The notes: generated from the sequence alone by a model not told the origin. Shown: positions 40,333-51,416, counted from the first letter of the stretch. The stretch is DNA of 64,000 nucleotides from Promethearchaeota archaeon (GCA_008080735.1 SHMW01000003.1:60571-124570); one strand, 5' to 3'. Numbers and translations: made by a program.

Positions 40333-41667
40333 TCAAAAAACAAACACTAGCAATGCGATATATCCTATTCCCAAGAGTATATGAAATAGGGCAAACACTC
40401 CTCCAACCTTAAAAAGACGTCTATATGACATATCATCAACTTGGTTGTCACGACTGATCTCTAAAGTTGCCAAATCGGCCGCACTTCCTTGCGGAAGGAA
40501 ATTCCCGCCCAAGTTAATCCCAAGGATAAAAGCTACCACTATGGGGCCGAGATAAAACTCTGGTAAGTTAAATAGAAATCGGACGATCGGAATAAAAATT
40601 ATAGTGACTGGAGTATTATCAATCAGCCCACTTAAAATTGACGTGCTTATCAATATAATGATCGCTAACACAAATTCATTTTCCGCGGATACATTAGCAA
40701 TAATATTTTCGATGAAAAGGATGATTCCATTAGCTTCTAATAGTCCAACAAAAATAAACAACGCCATAAAAAAGTAAATGAGTTTATAGTCGACGTGTGA
40801 AAGGTATTTTGAGAGAGAGAGCTTTTTCTTTCCGTCGCGATTTTCCACCGGATTAATCAAAACAAAAATCAATGCGCCTATCAACCCTGCTAAATATATC
40901 TCTGGGATTATAATAAGGAGTATTATAAATATAACTAATCCGATTAAATTCAGTATAAATTTTGGTTTCTCAATACTCGGTTCGGTTAATAATGTATCCC
41001 CTTCAATCTCCTCGGGTGCACAAGCGTGAGATGCGCAAAAATTAATATCATTTTTGAGGGTAAATTTGTCCAAGAGTATAAGAGTAGAAATTAATGCAAT
41101 CACGAAGTAAGGCCCCAATTTAATTACAAACCATAAAAATTCCAATCCAAACTCATTCGAAATCAAAATATTTTGAGCAGAACCGAAGGGGGTTAACGTG
41201 GCTGCAATATTGATACAGATAGTCATTCCGAGTAAATATGCAGCTGGTTTAATATTGAGTTTCCTACAAGCAACGATAATAACGGGTGCGAAAATTAATG
41301 CAATACTCAAATCTTCTACAATCGTAGCCAGTAAGGTGGAAATTATACATATAATATAAAACATTGCGCGTAAGTTATTCTGGTATTTTACAACCACTAA
41401 TCTGGCGATCTCATCAAAAACCTTATTTTCTTTAAGAATTTCTACGATGGTAAACATGGTAATTAAAAAAAATATCACTTCCCATTCAATTATCTCAATA
41501 TAAAACTTGAGCTCACGAGTTTCGGGAATAAACACAGCCGTAGCTAGGCCCCCTAACAGAATAAATATAAAAGTATAATAAATATAATCCCTTTCCTCGA
41601 AGAACAAAATAACGACGACGCCTAAAAAACAAATCAGCACAAAGATTTGAAGAAATAAATTTGTCAT
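40333..41667 (-). CDS. ArsB/NhaD (SLC13/P-protein-like) permease, paralog 3 (more divergent)
   Basis: NIAATLTPFGSAQN, SGLIDNTP, GINLGGNFLPQGSAA. Confidence 0.85.
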   Translation of the reverse strand: MTNLFLQIFVLICFLGVVVILFFEERDYIYYTFIFILLGGLATAVFIPETRELKFYIEIIEWEVIFFLITMFTIVEILKENKVFDEIARLVVVKYQNNLRAMFYIICIISTLLATIVEDLSIALIFAPVIIVACRKLNIKPAAYLLGMTICINIAATLTPFGSAQNILISNEFGLEFLWFVIKLGPYFVIALISTLILLDKFTLKNDINFCASHACAPEEIEGDTLLTEPSIEKPKFILNLIGLVIFIILLIIIPEIYLAGLIGALIFVLINPVENRDGKKKLSLSKYLSHVDYKLIYFFMALFIFVGLLEANGIILFIENIIANVSAENEFVLAIIILISTSILSGLIDNTPVTIIFIPIVRFLFNLPEFYLGPIVVAFILGINLGGNFLPQGSAADLATLEISRDNQVDDMSYRRLFKVGGVFALFHILLGIGYIALLVFVF

Positions 41668-41848
41668 ATTATTATAAATAAACTTCTCGAATATAATTAG
41701 TATTTGGTGAGAAGACTTCTTAGTTGATAATTTTATAATTATTCATTATCTTGATTTAGATATAAGGTTTATTTTTATAGAATATATACATTTCCGACGA
41801 AAAAATCACCGAAAAGATGAAAAAAATTTCAATGATGTTAAATTATTA

Positions 41849-42622
41849 TTGATATATAACATAATTAGCAGAATTAGAAGATTTAAAAATTTTTTGAATG
41901 TAAAATTGACAGATCATCACAATAAATCATTTTTTGGACATGAGGTAGGTGTTATTATACAAAGCCCAGCGAAAAATCTTCCGCATATCTTTCTAACCTG
42001 TATTAGAAGGAAAGAGGATGGGATCTGGGAAAAACCGTCACAAGGAGAAGGGAAAACGATTAAATTGAGCATAGAGGAGACCATATGTATATTGGAGGTA
42101 TTAGAGCGACGTTTAGCAAATTGGCGTGGATATCATGTATTCCATGATGACAAGACCGAGATTTACGTAGGATGGGAAGATGAAACTCGAAACATTTGTG
42201 TGTTTAGGATTGGAGATTATGAAAAGAAATTCAGATTTCCCAGCACACGGTTTTTGACCTTGCTTCTGGAACATATTGTAAAAGAAAAAATTGAATTTGC
42301 AACCAGCGGAACATTTAAGGAGAAACTTGAAGAAAAGGAGGAGGAAACAGAAGATGAATATCGTGTCTTCTCCGAACAAATTTATGCGCGAGACGGTCTC
42401 CATGTGGTAGAAACTACCGAATATGGAGTTTCTGTAGATTTAGTTGAAATCCAAGCGAAAATAAAAGTCGAAAGTCCAAAAGCACTTTTAATCGATTTGG
42501 AGAATGGACAGGAATTCTGGATTCCAAAAAGCACAGTTCATTCTGATTTCGATACCCAAGAACGTGAGAAATATCAATTATTTAAAGTAGAAAAATGGAT
42601 TGTAGAAAAAAATCTCTTTTAA
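41849..42622 (+). CDS. Conserved hypothetical protein
   Basis: Long clean ORF; C-terminal ESPKALL...FWIPKS domain; likely start TTG 41906. Confidence 0.7.
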   Translation: MIYNIISRIRRFKNFLNVKLTDHHNKSFFGHEVGVIIQSPAKNLPHIFLTCIRRKEDGIWEKPSQGEGKTIKLSIEETICILEVLERRLANWRGYHVFHDDKTEIYVGWEDETRNICVFRIGDYEKKFRFPSTRFLTLLLEHIVKEKIEFATSGTFKEKLEEKEEETEDEYRVFSEQIYARDGLHVVETTEYGVSVDLVEIQAKIKVESPKALLIDLENGQEFWIPKSTVHSDFDTQEREKYQLFKVEKWIVEKNLF

Positions 42623-42628
42623 ATTGAA

Positions 42629-43873
42629 ATGTTAATGGAATGGACCGAGAAAGACCTTAAAATCTATGAGAAACCGATTTTTATTAATATTGTCCTGCTT
42701 TCAATAAATCTTACTTTATTCATCATCAAGCTCTTGTTTGGCTTGATTACGAATAGTCTCGCACTTCAAGCAGATGCTTTTGATAACTTGACTGATATCG
42801 TTATTGTGATTGCTTCATTAATCGGTATCATTTTTGTAAGTAAAAAACCAAATGAGAAGTTTCCGTATGGCTATTATCGTTTAGAAAATATTATCAGTTT
42901 AGTGATATCAATTTTCATTTTTTTCACCGCATATACTATTATTCAAGAATCTTTTAGTGAAATTTTTAGGTTTTTTTCTGGTGTGATTAAACCTATCTTC
43001 GTGTCCCCGTTTATTTTTATTGTTATGGTCATATCATTGTCAATATCCGTAGCAACCACAGTCTATTTAAAACTGATTGGAAGAAGATCACAATCCGAGA
43101 TAATCGAATCCGAAACTAGTGAGAAACTATTGGATAATTTTATCTCCTCAACTGTCATAATAGGTTTTATTAGTGCATATTATGGAATCTTCATTTTGGA
43201 TTCAATTTTTGGTCTAGTTATCGCTCTTTTCATTATTAAAGGGGGATATGATATATTTCTCACTTCTACCAAAACATTATTAGATGCAGTAATAGAGTTC
43301 GAGAAGCGTACTGAACTGGTAGATCTCATTGAAAATTTCCCGAAAGTCAAAAACATTGATAATATAGAAATTAGGGCGTATGGACGCTATATTTTTGTTG
43401 AAGTAGATTTAAAGTTAAGTAAAGACTTGACTCTCTCAAAGATAGATTTACTTAAAAATAAGCTTTCTAATAAAATCAAAAAGAATTTTCCAGATATATT
43501 CAAAATTGTAATTACAACTCGTACTCAAGAAGAGAAAACTACGAAAATTGCGGTTCCCCTTGAGAACAATAATGGATTGAATTCAAAAATCTATGAAAAA
43601 TATGGGGAAGCTCCGTATTTTGGTTTTTTAGAAGTTAAAGAAGGTGAATTATCAAGGTTTGAGGTCATTGTTAACAAATTCGTTGAGAGAGAAAAACGAA
43701 AAGGTATCCTTGTTTCTGATTGGTTGAGCTCCCAAAACATCGATAAAGTATATACTCAGATGAATCTAAAGCGGGGTCCAAAATTAGTATTCGAAAATAG
43801 CTTCATTGAGGTAGTAAAAACCGAAACCGAAGAAGTCAGGGGAATAATAAAAAAAGAAAAAGAATCATCGTGA
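42629..43873 (+). CDS. Cation diffusion facilitator with C-terminal NifX-like domain
   Basis: SLALQADAFDNLTD, FPYGYYRLE; dimerisation domain; IAVPL...S.I...YGEAPYF tail. Confidence 0.88.
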   Translation: MLMEWTEKDLKIYEKPIFINIVLLSINLTLFIIKLLFGLITNSLALQADAFDNLTDIVIVIASLIGIIFVSKKPNEKFPYGYYRLENIISLVISIFIFFTAYTIIQESFSEIFRFFSGVIKPIFVSPFIFIVMVISLSISVATTVYLKLIGRRSQSEIIESETSEKLLDNFISSTVIIGFISAYYGIFILDSIFGLVIALFIIKGGYDIFLTSTKTLLDAVIEFEKRTELVDLIENFPKVKNIDNIEIRAYGRYIFVEVDLKLSKDLTLSKIDLLKNKLSNKIKKNFPDIFKIVITTRTQEEKTTKIAVPLENNNGLNSKIYEKYGEAPYFGFLEVKEGELSRFEVIVNKFVEREKRKGILVSDWLSSQNIDKVYTQMNLKRGPKLVFENSFIEVVKTETEEVRGIIKKEKESS

Positions 43874-43919
43874 TTAAACCAAAAACATTATTTGAAGTTT
43901 CACCTTCTTTTATTTAATT

Positions 43920-44762
43920 ATGGCTTCCAAAGAAATCGATATTGAATTTCTGAAAGGACTTTCATTAGAAGTATATCAAAAAGTATTCCCTCTCATCGGT
44001 ACTAAGGAAGGTGCCCAAAGACTCGAGAGGGGTGCGGGAGGTGATATTTCGATGGAAATAGATCTTGTTGCAGAAAATACTATTATAGATTACTTGGAAA
44101 AAAATGATATCAATATTCTCCTCCTCAGCGAAGAGACCGGGAAAAAATATATTGGAAATAAAGAAACCATCGAAAAAACTCAGAAGAAATTAATTGTTGA
44201 TCCTGTTGACGGTTCAACAAACTGCAGCCGTGGTATCCCCTTTTTTAGCGTTTCAATTGCTTATGCGGAGGGCTCCACATTAGAAGATATTAAAATGGCT
44301 GTGATATTAGATCTGATTACTAAAGACTTGTATTGGGCAGAAAAAAACAAAGGAACATATCTAAACGATAACCAAATTAGCGTCTCTGATAAAGGACTTT
44401 CCGATCAACTAATTTTTGAAATCGATTTCTATCTTTGGAATTTGCGAAAAAATCTAAAAAAATATCGTTCCATTTTAAAAAAATTATATCGAATTAGAGT
44501 AATGGGAAGTATTGCTCTCAGTTTTTGTTTATTAGCACGGGGTAGTGTTGATGGATATATCGATTTTCGAAGGGGAACACGATTGGTGGATATGGCTGCT
44601 AGTTATTTAATTATAAGAGAAGCAGGGGGTAAAATCTTTACAGTAAAAGGAGAACCATTAGATCAATCCCTTTCAATGGAGTTGAAATTTCCTCTGGTCG
44701 CGTGCAATGCTAAGCTAGAAGAAATTCTAAAAGAGGAGTTAAGAAATATAAATTCTGAATAG
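43920..44762 (+). CDS. Inositol monophosphatase / FBPase family (archaeal IMPase)
   Basis: GAGGD....D..AE, SEE, DPVDGSTN, R.MGS, D.AA...I.REAGG. Confidence 0.9.
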   Translation: MASKEIDIEFLKGLSLEVYQKVFPLIGTKEGAQRLERGAGGDISMEIDLVAENTIIDYLEKNDINILLLSEETGKKYIGNKETIEKTQKKLIVDPVDGSTNCSRGIPFFSVSIAYAEGSTLEDIKMAVILDLITKDLYWAEKNKGTYLNDNQISVSDKGLSDQLIFEIDFYLWNLRKNLKKYRSILKKLYRIRVMGSIALSFCLLARGSVDGYIDFRRGTRLVDMAASYLIIREAGGKIFTVKGEPLDQSLSMELKFPLVACNAKLEEILKEELRNINSE

Positions 44763-44783
44763 GTTAGAGTGGAAATTGTACGG

Positions 44784-45869
44784 TTATTGTGGAATTTCTA
44801 TGGGATATTTGCCGTATTTTCTTCTCACATTTTGCATAGCTTCGAATCTGTCTACCGTGACTGCTGGGTTGATCGAATGACCTGAGCTGAAAATATAGCC
44901 ACCACCAGGGGCTAATTCTCGTATTAATTTCTTCGCATAGTTTTCTATTTCTGAAATCTTTCCCGTCGCTAGCATCATTGGACTAAGATTTCCACAAAAA
45001 GTGATTTGATCTCCGTAATTTTCATTTAATTTGAAGATGTCGTAATCAGGATTAGCTGTCGTAGGTTCCAGAGGATTAATAACATCAACCCCACATTTTA
45101 CAATATCCTCAAATATTTCCATTAAATCTCCATCAGAATGTAATAAAATTTTACAATTTCTCTTATGTGCGGCATCACAAATTTTCTTTAACCATGGAAA
45201 TATATATTTCCGATATAATCTTGGACTCATGAATAACCCATTCTTAAATCCGTAATCATCCCACAGAATAATTAATTGAGCATCATTTTCAGCTAATATT
45301 TTTACTAACTCCAAGGTAAATTTACCCCTATCATCAAAGATCTTTTTTGCTTGCTTTGGTTTCCCTAATATCCTGGAAAAGGTTTCCAGACCGAACCCTT
45401 CCCATGTACATTCCATTAAAGCTCCTGTTGAGGGAACTGAAAAAATTTCGTTATTCATTTCTTCTTGAATTTTCCTTCCCAACTTAAAGGATTTTAAACG
45501 GGTGGATAAATGAGGGTCGGGTTGCTCCCAGCTCTCATAATCTTCAAAATTTTTAAAATTTCCACCTATATACCCCATTATTTGCGTTCCATCTTTCTCA
45601 TAATATTCGAACTGCATTATTCTACCATATTCGTCAATAAATCCCTTTCCCCCTTTTATTGGTTTCCGAGGAAAAAGAGATGATGCGGTCGCACATATAT
45701 CTATTCCAATCCTGCGATAGAGCTCATGGGATTGTTTATACCCTTGTTTTGTTGGATCTACTCCATAGTGTTTGGTAATTGTATAATTTGTAAACGCGCT
45801 TTCCCATGCTGGAACTTTATCTGGTTCTTCATGATTTATTGTTGTTAAAACTCTTTCGGGTGCATTCAT
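44784..45869 (-). CDS. Uroporphyrinogen decarboxylase / methylcobamide methyltransferase-like family protein
   Basis: ERV...INHEEPDKVP, DDYG, LHSDG, GGGYIFSSGHSI. Confidence 0.85.
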   Translation of the reverse strand: MNAPERVLTTINHEEPDKVPAWESAFTNYTITKHYGVDPTKQGYKQSHELYRRIGIDICATASSLFPRKPIKGGKGFIDEYGRIMQFEYYEKDGTQIMGYIGGNFKNFEDYESWEQPDPHLSTRLKSFKLGRKIQEEMNNEIFSVPSTGALMECTWEGFGLETFSRILGKPKQAKKIFDDRGKFTLELVKILAENDAQLIILWDDYGFKNGLFMSPRLYRKYIFPWLKKICDAAHKRNCKILLHSDGDLMEIFEDIVKCGVDVINPLEPTTANPDYDIFKLNENYGDQITFCGNLSPMMLATGKISEIENYAKKLIRELAPGGGYIFSSGHSINPAVTVDRFEAMQNVRRKYGKYPIEIPQ

Positions 45870-45953
45870 TTTATAGCCTAATTAACGCAAAAATTATTGA
45901 TATAATCTATATTAAACTTTTAATCAGTTAAATATATTATCAAACATAAGGAA

Positions 45954-46559
45954 ATGGAAAATGATAATAAATTACAGCGGTTAAATAGAAAATTTTTTAA
46001 CCGCGAAACCGAAAAAGTAGCAAAAGATCTTATCGGCCGATATCTCGTACGAGAAACTGAAAATGGCAATATAATCGCCAAGATAACTGAAGTTGAAGCT
46101 TACGTCGGTCCCGAGGATAAAGCTTGCCATACTTATAATTATCGAAAAACCGAACGAACTAAAACAATGTATAAAACACCTGGAACGCATTATGTATATC
46201 TGATTTACGGAATGTATTATTGTTTAAATGTGGTAACAGAGGAGGAAGGGATGCCTTGCGCAGTACTTATTCGTGAACTTTTTCCAGTAGATGGAATTGA
46301 TTTAATGAAAAAGAATCGAAATGTCAAGATAGGGAAGAATTATAAAAATTTAGTCGATGGACCTGGAAAACTCTGTATTGCATTAAATATTAGCAAGGAA
46401 ACTTTCAATGGAAAAGATTCTTGTAGCCCAGATGCTAAGCTTTATTATACCAATGGAGAGTCCGTTGAGCCGGGCTCAATTGAAGCGTTAAAACGGATTG
46501 GGATCGACTATGCTGGAGACGATAAAGAACGCCTATTGCGATATCGTTCTAAGATATAA
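45954..46559 (+). CDS. mpg: DNA-3-methyladenine glycosylase (AAG/MPG family)
   Basis: ITEVEAY.G..D.ACH, YVYLIYGMYYCLNVV, AVLIR, GPGKLC, RIGI. Confidence 0.93.
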   Translation: MENDNKLQRLNRKFFNRETEKVAKDLIGRYLVRETENGNIIAKITEVEAYVGPEDKACHTYNYRKTERTKTMYKTPGTHYVYLIYGMYYCLNVVTEEEGMPCAVLIRELFPVDGIDLMKKNRNVKIGKNYKNLVDGPGKLCIALNISKETFNGKDSCSPDAKLYYTNGESVEPGSIEALKRIGIDYAGDDKERLLRYRSKI

Positions 46560-46785
46560 TACCTAATGATTATTATTTAGTGTAGCTAATTTGAATATAC
46601 AATGAGAAGTATTTTCTTTGATATTTTAAAAATAGCCAAGAATAATTCAAAAGAAATCTGAAATTTATTCCATTACATTAATGTAAAGATGCTAATTTTT
46701 CCGAAACTTTAGAAAGAATTAAATATTTTAGAATAAAGATTATAACATTACGATGAATTAATAAGATGCAGTTGGGGATTAGAAT

Positions 46786-47253
46786 TTGAGTAAAGATGCA
46801 CTAAAATTTTTCCAATCTTATGTAAACGAAATGATTGATGTAGGTGGAGAAAATCTTCCCAAATCAATATCTTCTCGATTAGGCGCTAAATTAGCCAAGA
46901 TTTATAAAAAAGCGGGAATCTGTGATATTGTGGTAGGATTGAAAAAAAGCTATGAAGTCCTGAAATCGATACCTGAAATCAATGAAACCAATGAAAACTC
47001 ACTTGAGGTAAAGATTCAATATGATGAATGCTTTTGCCCAATTGGTGGGGATCCTGATCCCGATAATCCAGAAAAGGGAAAAATTATTCAAGAAAGTATC
47101 TGCATTCCATATACTATTGGATTCCTTAATGAGTTCAATCCTAATTATAACTATGATGGTGCGGTGGAGCAATGTATTCTCAGTTCGGGCCAAAAAACCT
47201 GTAAATATGTTTTACATCGGACGTTAAAAGAGGAGAACAATAATAATTATTGA
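46786..47253 (+). CDS. Methanogen output domain 1 / V4R-like small protein
   Basis: CFCP, C.PY..G, C..SG..TC.Y pattern. Confidence 0.6.
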   Translation: MSKDALKFFQSYVNEMIDVGGENLPKSISSRLGAKLAKIYKKAGICDIVVGLKKSYEVLKSIPEINETNENSLEVKIQYDECFCPIGGDPDPDNPEKGKIIQESICIPYTIGFLNEFNPNYNYDGAVEQCILSSGQKTCKYVLHRTLKEENNNNY

Positions 47254-47447
47254 TCTCAGAAGTCTTATCAATACACCAATTCAATTGTTTCTATGTTTTA
47301 ACTAAAAAATTTTTCTTCTTTAAATTTTTCGTGCGATTGGTTTTTGTCCAAATAAAAGTTCCAAGCTTCTTATAGGAAAGGATATTGGGGTTCTTTCAAA
47401 AAATTTTTATTGCTGAGAGTATTTTAATATTTGGGAAGCTTGGGCCT

Positions 47448-47736
47448 TTCTGAAGCTCTTATACTGGGTGGACCACAGCACGCTCAATAGTGGAAATTGC
47501 CCGGCTTGAGGCCCATTGAATACTTGCTACCGAACTATTAGCACACGTCGAAGCATTCGCCCCGATGGTGGGGGGCAGGGCGGTACCCGCCGTAGGGCAG
47601 GTATAAGCTCATAATAACGAACCCGGCCAGGCCAGGGATGGAGCAGCCGTAAGTTTTGTCTTTCACGCTTCGGGAATCGGGTGTGGAGTGTGGTAATGGC
47701 TGAGGTGCAAGTGAAGATGTGGGTCCAGAGTCGGGA
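47448..47736 (+). ncRNA. ffs: Archaeal SRP (7S) RNA
   Basis: GC-rich island. Helix 8 CGGCCAGGCCA-GGGA-TGGAGCAGCCG (47624-47649); helix 6 with GTAG (GNAR) loop; long helix 5 (TACTTGC/GCAAGTG, CTATTAGCACAC/GTGTGGTAATGG); helix 1 TTCTG..GCTCT/AGAGTCGGGA. TATA-like TTTAATAT about 25 nt upstream and a T-tract downstream. Confidence 0.92.
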
Positions 47737-47766
47737 TTTTTTATCTTTTTCTGATTTGATCTAACT

Positions 47767-47982
47767 TTATTTATCTTCGATTGAAATGAAATTTTCCCGT
47801 ATCAGTTTTCGTTTGAGAATCTTGATGAAGTCCTTATTGTCGGGAAAGACGTTTCCCACATCTTCAAAATCATAGTTTTTCGAACGTGAGTGTGAGAGTA
47901 AGTTTTCCTCAATTTTTTCGAATTCTTTAAACATAAACAATAAAAAAAAATATAGATTCAAAAAATCAAATATTACAGACAA
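47767..47982 (-). CDS. Possible small hypothetical protein
   Basis: ORF only, no motif; may start at the internal ATG (MFKEF). Confidence 0.3.
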   Translation of the reverse strand: MSVIFDFLNLYFFLLFMFKEFEKIEENLLSHSRSKNYDFEDVGNVFPDNKDFIKILKRKLIRENFISIEDK

Positions 47983-47985
47983 AAT

Positions 47986-48609
47986 ATGTCCATATTATGT
48001 AAAGTTAGAAAATTGACCCAAATTACCAATTTTTATTTCATAGGAGAATTGTTTATTATTCACGAGATAATCATTAATATGAGAGTTATGTTTCGACCAG
48101 AAGAATTACACTGGAATGATATTGTATCCGAGCTTATAGAAGGATATGCCTATATAGACCATATAAAATCTATGAAAGAACGAATAATGCATCAAAGTAA
48201 TTATAAAGCATATAACCCAGATATGGTCCTAATAAAGAAATTACAATCCGAATTTGATCAGAGCACTCATAACCTTAAAATCTTGACATTGGGGGCAACA
48301 TGGTGTATGACTTGTGCGGATGTCAAGCCCACACTTATTAAGATTGTGGAGGCGGTTAATTCTCCCAAGCTAAGAATATTTCTATTGGGCGGCGTGAAAA
48401 CTACAATGGAAAGCAATGAAGAGGACTATTCATGGGCACAAAAGTCTCCTCCAGAGTTTCATAACCCAAAATTTGCAGTAGATCAAATCCCATTAGTCTA
48501 TTTCTTTGACAAAACCGGACAATGTTTAACCAGAATTGAAAAATATCCAAAAAATGTGGATATATTTGAAGAGGCTATCCTCAAAATTTATCAGACCTAT
48601 CTAAAGTGA
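47986..48609 (+). CDS. Thioredoxin-family protein
   Basis: GATWCMTC, cis-Pro region QIP, ERP-like IEKYP; true start probably downstream (MRVMFRP). Confidence 0.8.
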   Translation: MSILCKVRKLTQITNFYFIGELFIIHEIIINMRVMFRPEELHWNDIVSELIEGYAYIDHIKSMKERIMHQSNYKAYNPDMVLIKKLQSEFDQSTHNLKILTLGATWCMTCADVKPTLIKIVEAVNSPKLRIFLLGGVKTTMESNEEDYSWAQKSPPEFHNPKFAVDQIPLVYFFDKTGQCLTRIEKYPKNVDIFEEAILKIYQTYLK

Positions 48610-48729
48610 GATGTGTAATTTTTAGAATTTTCTTATTAAATTGAGATTAACTATTTAAATGAATTGAAGAATTATTAGAATTGTTAAACTTAAGAGAATT
48701 TTGAAATTATATTACGAGAGGTTTAAAAA

Positions 48730-49839
48730 TTGTCAAATTCAGACGATATTGTGTATGTTGGAGCGGATGAACTCGAGAGGTTTATGCGGGATGTCTTTAT
48801 AGGGTTAGGAGTTCCTGAGGACGATGCTAAAATTATTGGAAACGTGTTAATTGCTTCGGATCTTCGAGGGATCGATACACACGGTATCCAACGCTGTAAA
48901 ATGTATTATGATCGGATTAAAGAAGGCATTTACGAGGTCGAAACGAATATAGATGTGATCAAAGATGGACCAACCACCGCCCTTTGGGATGGAAACTGTG
49001 GAATGGGGCACGTAATTGCGTATAAGGCAATGAGAAAGGCAATAGAGAAAGCGAAGCAATATGGACTTGGTGCGGTTGCCGTGAGAAACTCCACGCATTT
49101 TGGAATTGCCGGATATTACTCGCTTATGGCGATTGAAGAGGGGATGATAGGACTAACTACTACCAATGCGCGACCATCAATTCCGCCAACATTTGGAGTT
49201 GAGCCTATGTTAGGTACCAATCCATTAACATTCGCAGCTCCAACTGACGAGGAATTCCCATTCTGTTTAGATTGCGCTACTTCCATTATACAAAGAGGTA
49301 AAGTTGAATTATATGAGCGGTTAGAGAAAGATTTACCTGAGGGTGTTGTAATTGATGATGAGGGCAAATCGATGACTAATCCTTCGAAGATCTTAGATAA
49401 AATGTTGGAACGGAAGGCAGCCTTACTCCCATTAGGGGGTCCAGGAGAAGAAAAATCAGGCTATAAAGGTTATGGATATGCAACGATCGTAGAACTTCTT
49501 TCGGCAGCCCTTCAAGATGGTATATTTCTCAGAGATACATTAGGGATTGAAGAAGATGGTCAAAAACGCTTAAAAGTGGGCCATTTTTTCTTAGCCATAA
49601 ATATAGAAAGTTTTCTTCCCTTAGAGATATTTAAAAAAACCGCGGGTAATATCATGAGAGGTCTTAGAAGTGCCAAGAAGGAACCAAGTTCCGATCGTAT
49701 TTATACCGCAGGTGAGAAAGAATCTGAAGCAGAAGTTGAGAGGGAAAAGCAAGGTATTCCTTTAAATGAAAGCTTGCGCAATGATATAAAAACTATGCAA
49801 CAAGAATTAAGTTTGGATCAATACAAGTTTAATTTTTAG
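48730..49839 (+). CDS. Ldh_2-family oxidoreductase (type 2 malate/L-lactate dehydrogenase)
   Basis: DLRGIDTHG, NSTHFG.AGYY, LGTNP, DCATS, YKGYG. Confidence 0.92.
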   Translation: MSNSDDIVYVGADELERFMRDVFIGLGVPEDDAKIIGNVLIASDLRGIDTHGIQRCKMYYDRIKEGIYEVETNIDVIKDGPTTALWDGNCGMGHVIAYKAMRKAIEKAKQYGLGAVAVRNSTHFGIAGYYSLMAIEEGMIGLTTTNARPSIPPTFGVEPMLGTNPLTFAAPTDEEFPFCLDCATSIIQRGKVELYERLEKDLPEGVVIDDEGKSMTNPSKILDKMLERKAALLPLGGPGEEKSGYKGYGYATIVELLSAALQDGIFLRDTLGIEEDGQKRLKVGHFFLAINIESFLPLEIFKKTAGNIMRGLRSAKKEPSSDRIYTAGEKESEAEVEREKQGIPLNESLRNDIKTMQQELSLDQYKFNF

Positions 49840-49875
49840 TTAATTATCTTTCCTTTTATTTCAAAAACCAAATTT

Positions 49876-51318
49876 TCAGAATATAATCCCATCGGTTCTT
49901 CCTACTAAAGGCTCAGAATGAATTATTATATTTTTTAAATTACCATGATCTATATTTTTATTAATTAAATGTTCTAATTCCGAAACATATTCATGAATCG
50001 TGGAAATATTTATATCACCATCAAAAAACACATGTATTTCAATGATACAATAGTTTTCTATATTCCAAAATTCAAATCCATGGTATCCTTTAACAAATTC
50101 TTTTGTCCGGAGTAATTTTTCTATTTTTTCCCTTTTGTCTATTAAATTATTGGAATTTATTCTTTGACATATTTTGTCATCTAAAATACTTCCTAAATCC
50201 TCTTGTTCCGCTTCAATATGACTTATTATTCGTGATAATTCTGGAATTTGATCTTTTAATTCCTCTTCAAATTTTGTAGAAATATCGTGCGCACCTCTTA
50301 AGGTTAGATTATTATTCACAACAATCGCAAATGAAACAAAATAATTTTGCTCAATTTTAAATATGTTTAGATTTTTTATGTTGATAATTTTTGGATAGTC
50401 GATCTTTAGGGAATTTATCAGATTAATGATTTGCTTCCCCAATGATTTTTCGCTGCTTAATGGATTCATTTCTATAATTGTTTCTATATCATAATTCGGA
50501 ATATAGTGTTCTATTATCTTTCTTATTGATTTACTGATTTCATTTGCATAGGCAATTGGGATGTGATCCTCAACAGCAAGATTCATTTCGAAAAATACTT
50601 TATTTCCCGCACCTCTTATTCTAAGATCTGTTATACCGTTTACATGGTCAAGGTTAAAAATCCCTTCTGTTATCATTTTAATTTGAGATGGATTTAACGG
50701 ATTTATATCAGTTAAATCATCTATACCGTCTTTAACTAGTCTCAAGGCACTAATTATTATTATGGAAGAAATGATGATGCTAAAGATGGGATCAAATAGT
50801 TTAATTCCAAAAAAAACTACAATGAGGAAATTAATAATTACAATAATCGCACGGAGAGAGTCTTGAAAAAGGTTTAGTCCTTGAACTTTCAGCGAAAGAC
50901 TTTTACTTTTCTTTCCTTGGAATATGAGAATGATGGAGAATAGTAAATTAACAACCATAGAGATTATCAAAAGTTGTAATCCTAATGTTGGATTTTCTAC
51001 AACAAAGTTTTGTGCTAATAACACTTGAATTGCATTAAAAGCTAAAAGAACATAAATTATGGTTAAGATTATTCCTTGTGTAAGAGCTCCGATGGAATCA
51101 ATTTTGCTATGACCGTACATATGTTCATAATCGGCGGGTTTCTGACTCATATATATTGAATAGAAAGTTAAGCTAACGAAAAAAATATCAATTAAAGTAT
51201 CGATTGTTTCAGAAAGAAAACTTAGACTTCCCGTAATGAGCACTCCAATTAACTTCAATATAGATTGAAAAATAACAATAAATATCGCAGCTATTCCATA
51301 TTTAATTTTTATATCCAT
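49876..51318 (-). CDS. Cation diffusion facilitator with three tandem C-terminal dimerisation domains
   Basis: PAD.EH.YGH.K; repeated AH.IS...I.H.E units. Confidence 0.88.
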   Translation of the reverse strand: MDIKIKYGIAAIFIVIFQSILKLIGVLITGSLSFLSETIDTLIDIFFVSLTFYSIYMSQKPADYEHMYGHSKIDSIGALTQGIILTIIYVLLAFNAIQVLLAQNFVVENPTLGLQLLIISMVVNLLFSIILIFQGKKSKSLSLKVQGLNLFQDSLRAIIVIINFLIVVFFGIKLFDPIFSIIISSIIIISALRLVKDGIDDLTDINPLNPSQIKMITEGIFNLDHVNGITDLRIRGAGNKVFFEMNLAVEDHIPIAYANEISKSIRKIIEHYIPNYDIETIIEMNPLSSEKSLGKQIINLINSLKIDYPKIINIKNLNIFKIEQNYFVSFAIVVNNNLTLRGAHDISTKFEEELKDQIPELSRIISHIEAEQEDLGSILDDKICQRINSNNLIDKREKIEKLLRTKEFVKGYHGFEFWNIENYCIIEIHVFFDGDINISTIHEYVSELEHLINKNIDHGNLKNIIIHSEPLVGRTDGIIF

Positions 51319-51416
51319 TTAATCCATTTGTATTTGTATTTCCTATAAAATATAAGATATCAAAAAGAAATAAAAATATATTTGCGATTTGAGTTTGATA
51401 TGATTTTTTACTTATT

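Noticed and set aside
47431-47736. GC-rich island considered as tRNA, rRNA fragment or RNase P RNA
   Set aside because: Helix 6 and 8 signatures and end-to-end pairing identify it as SRP RNA; no cloverleaf or RNase P P4 motif is present.
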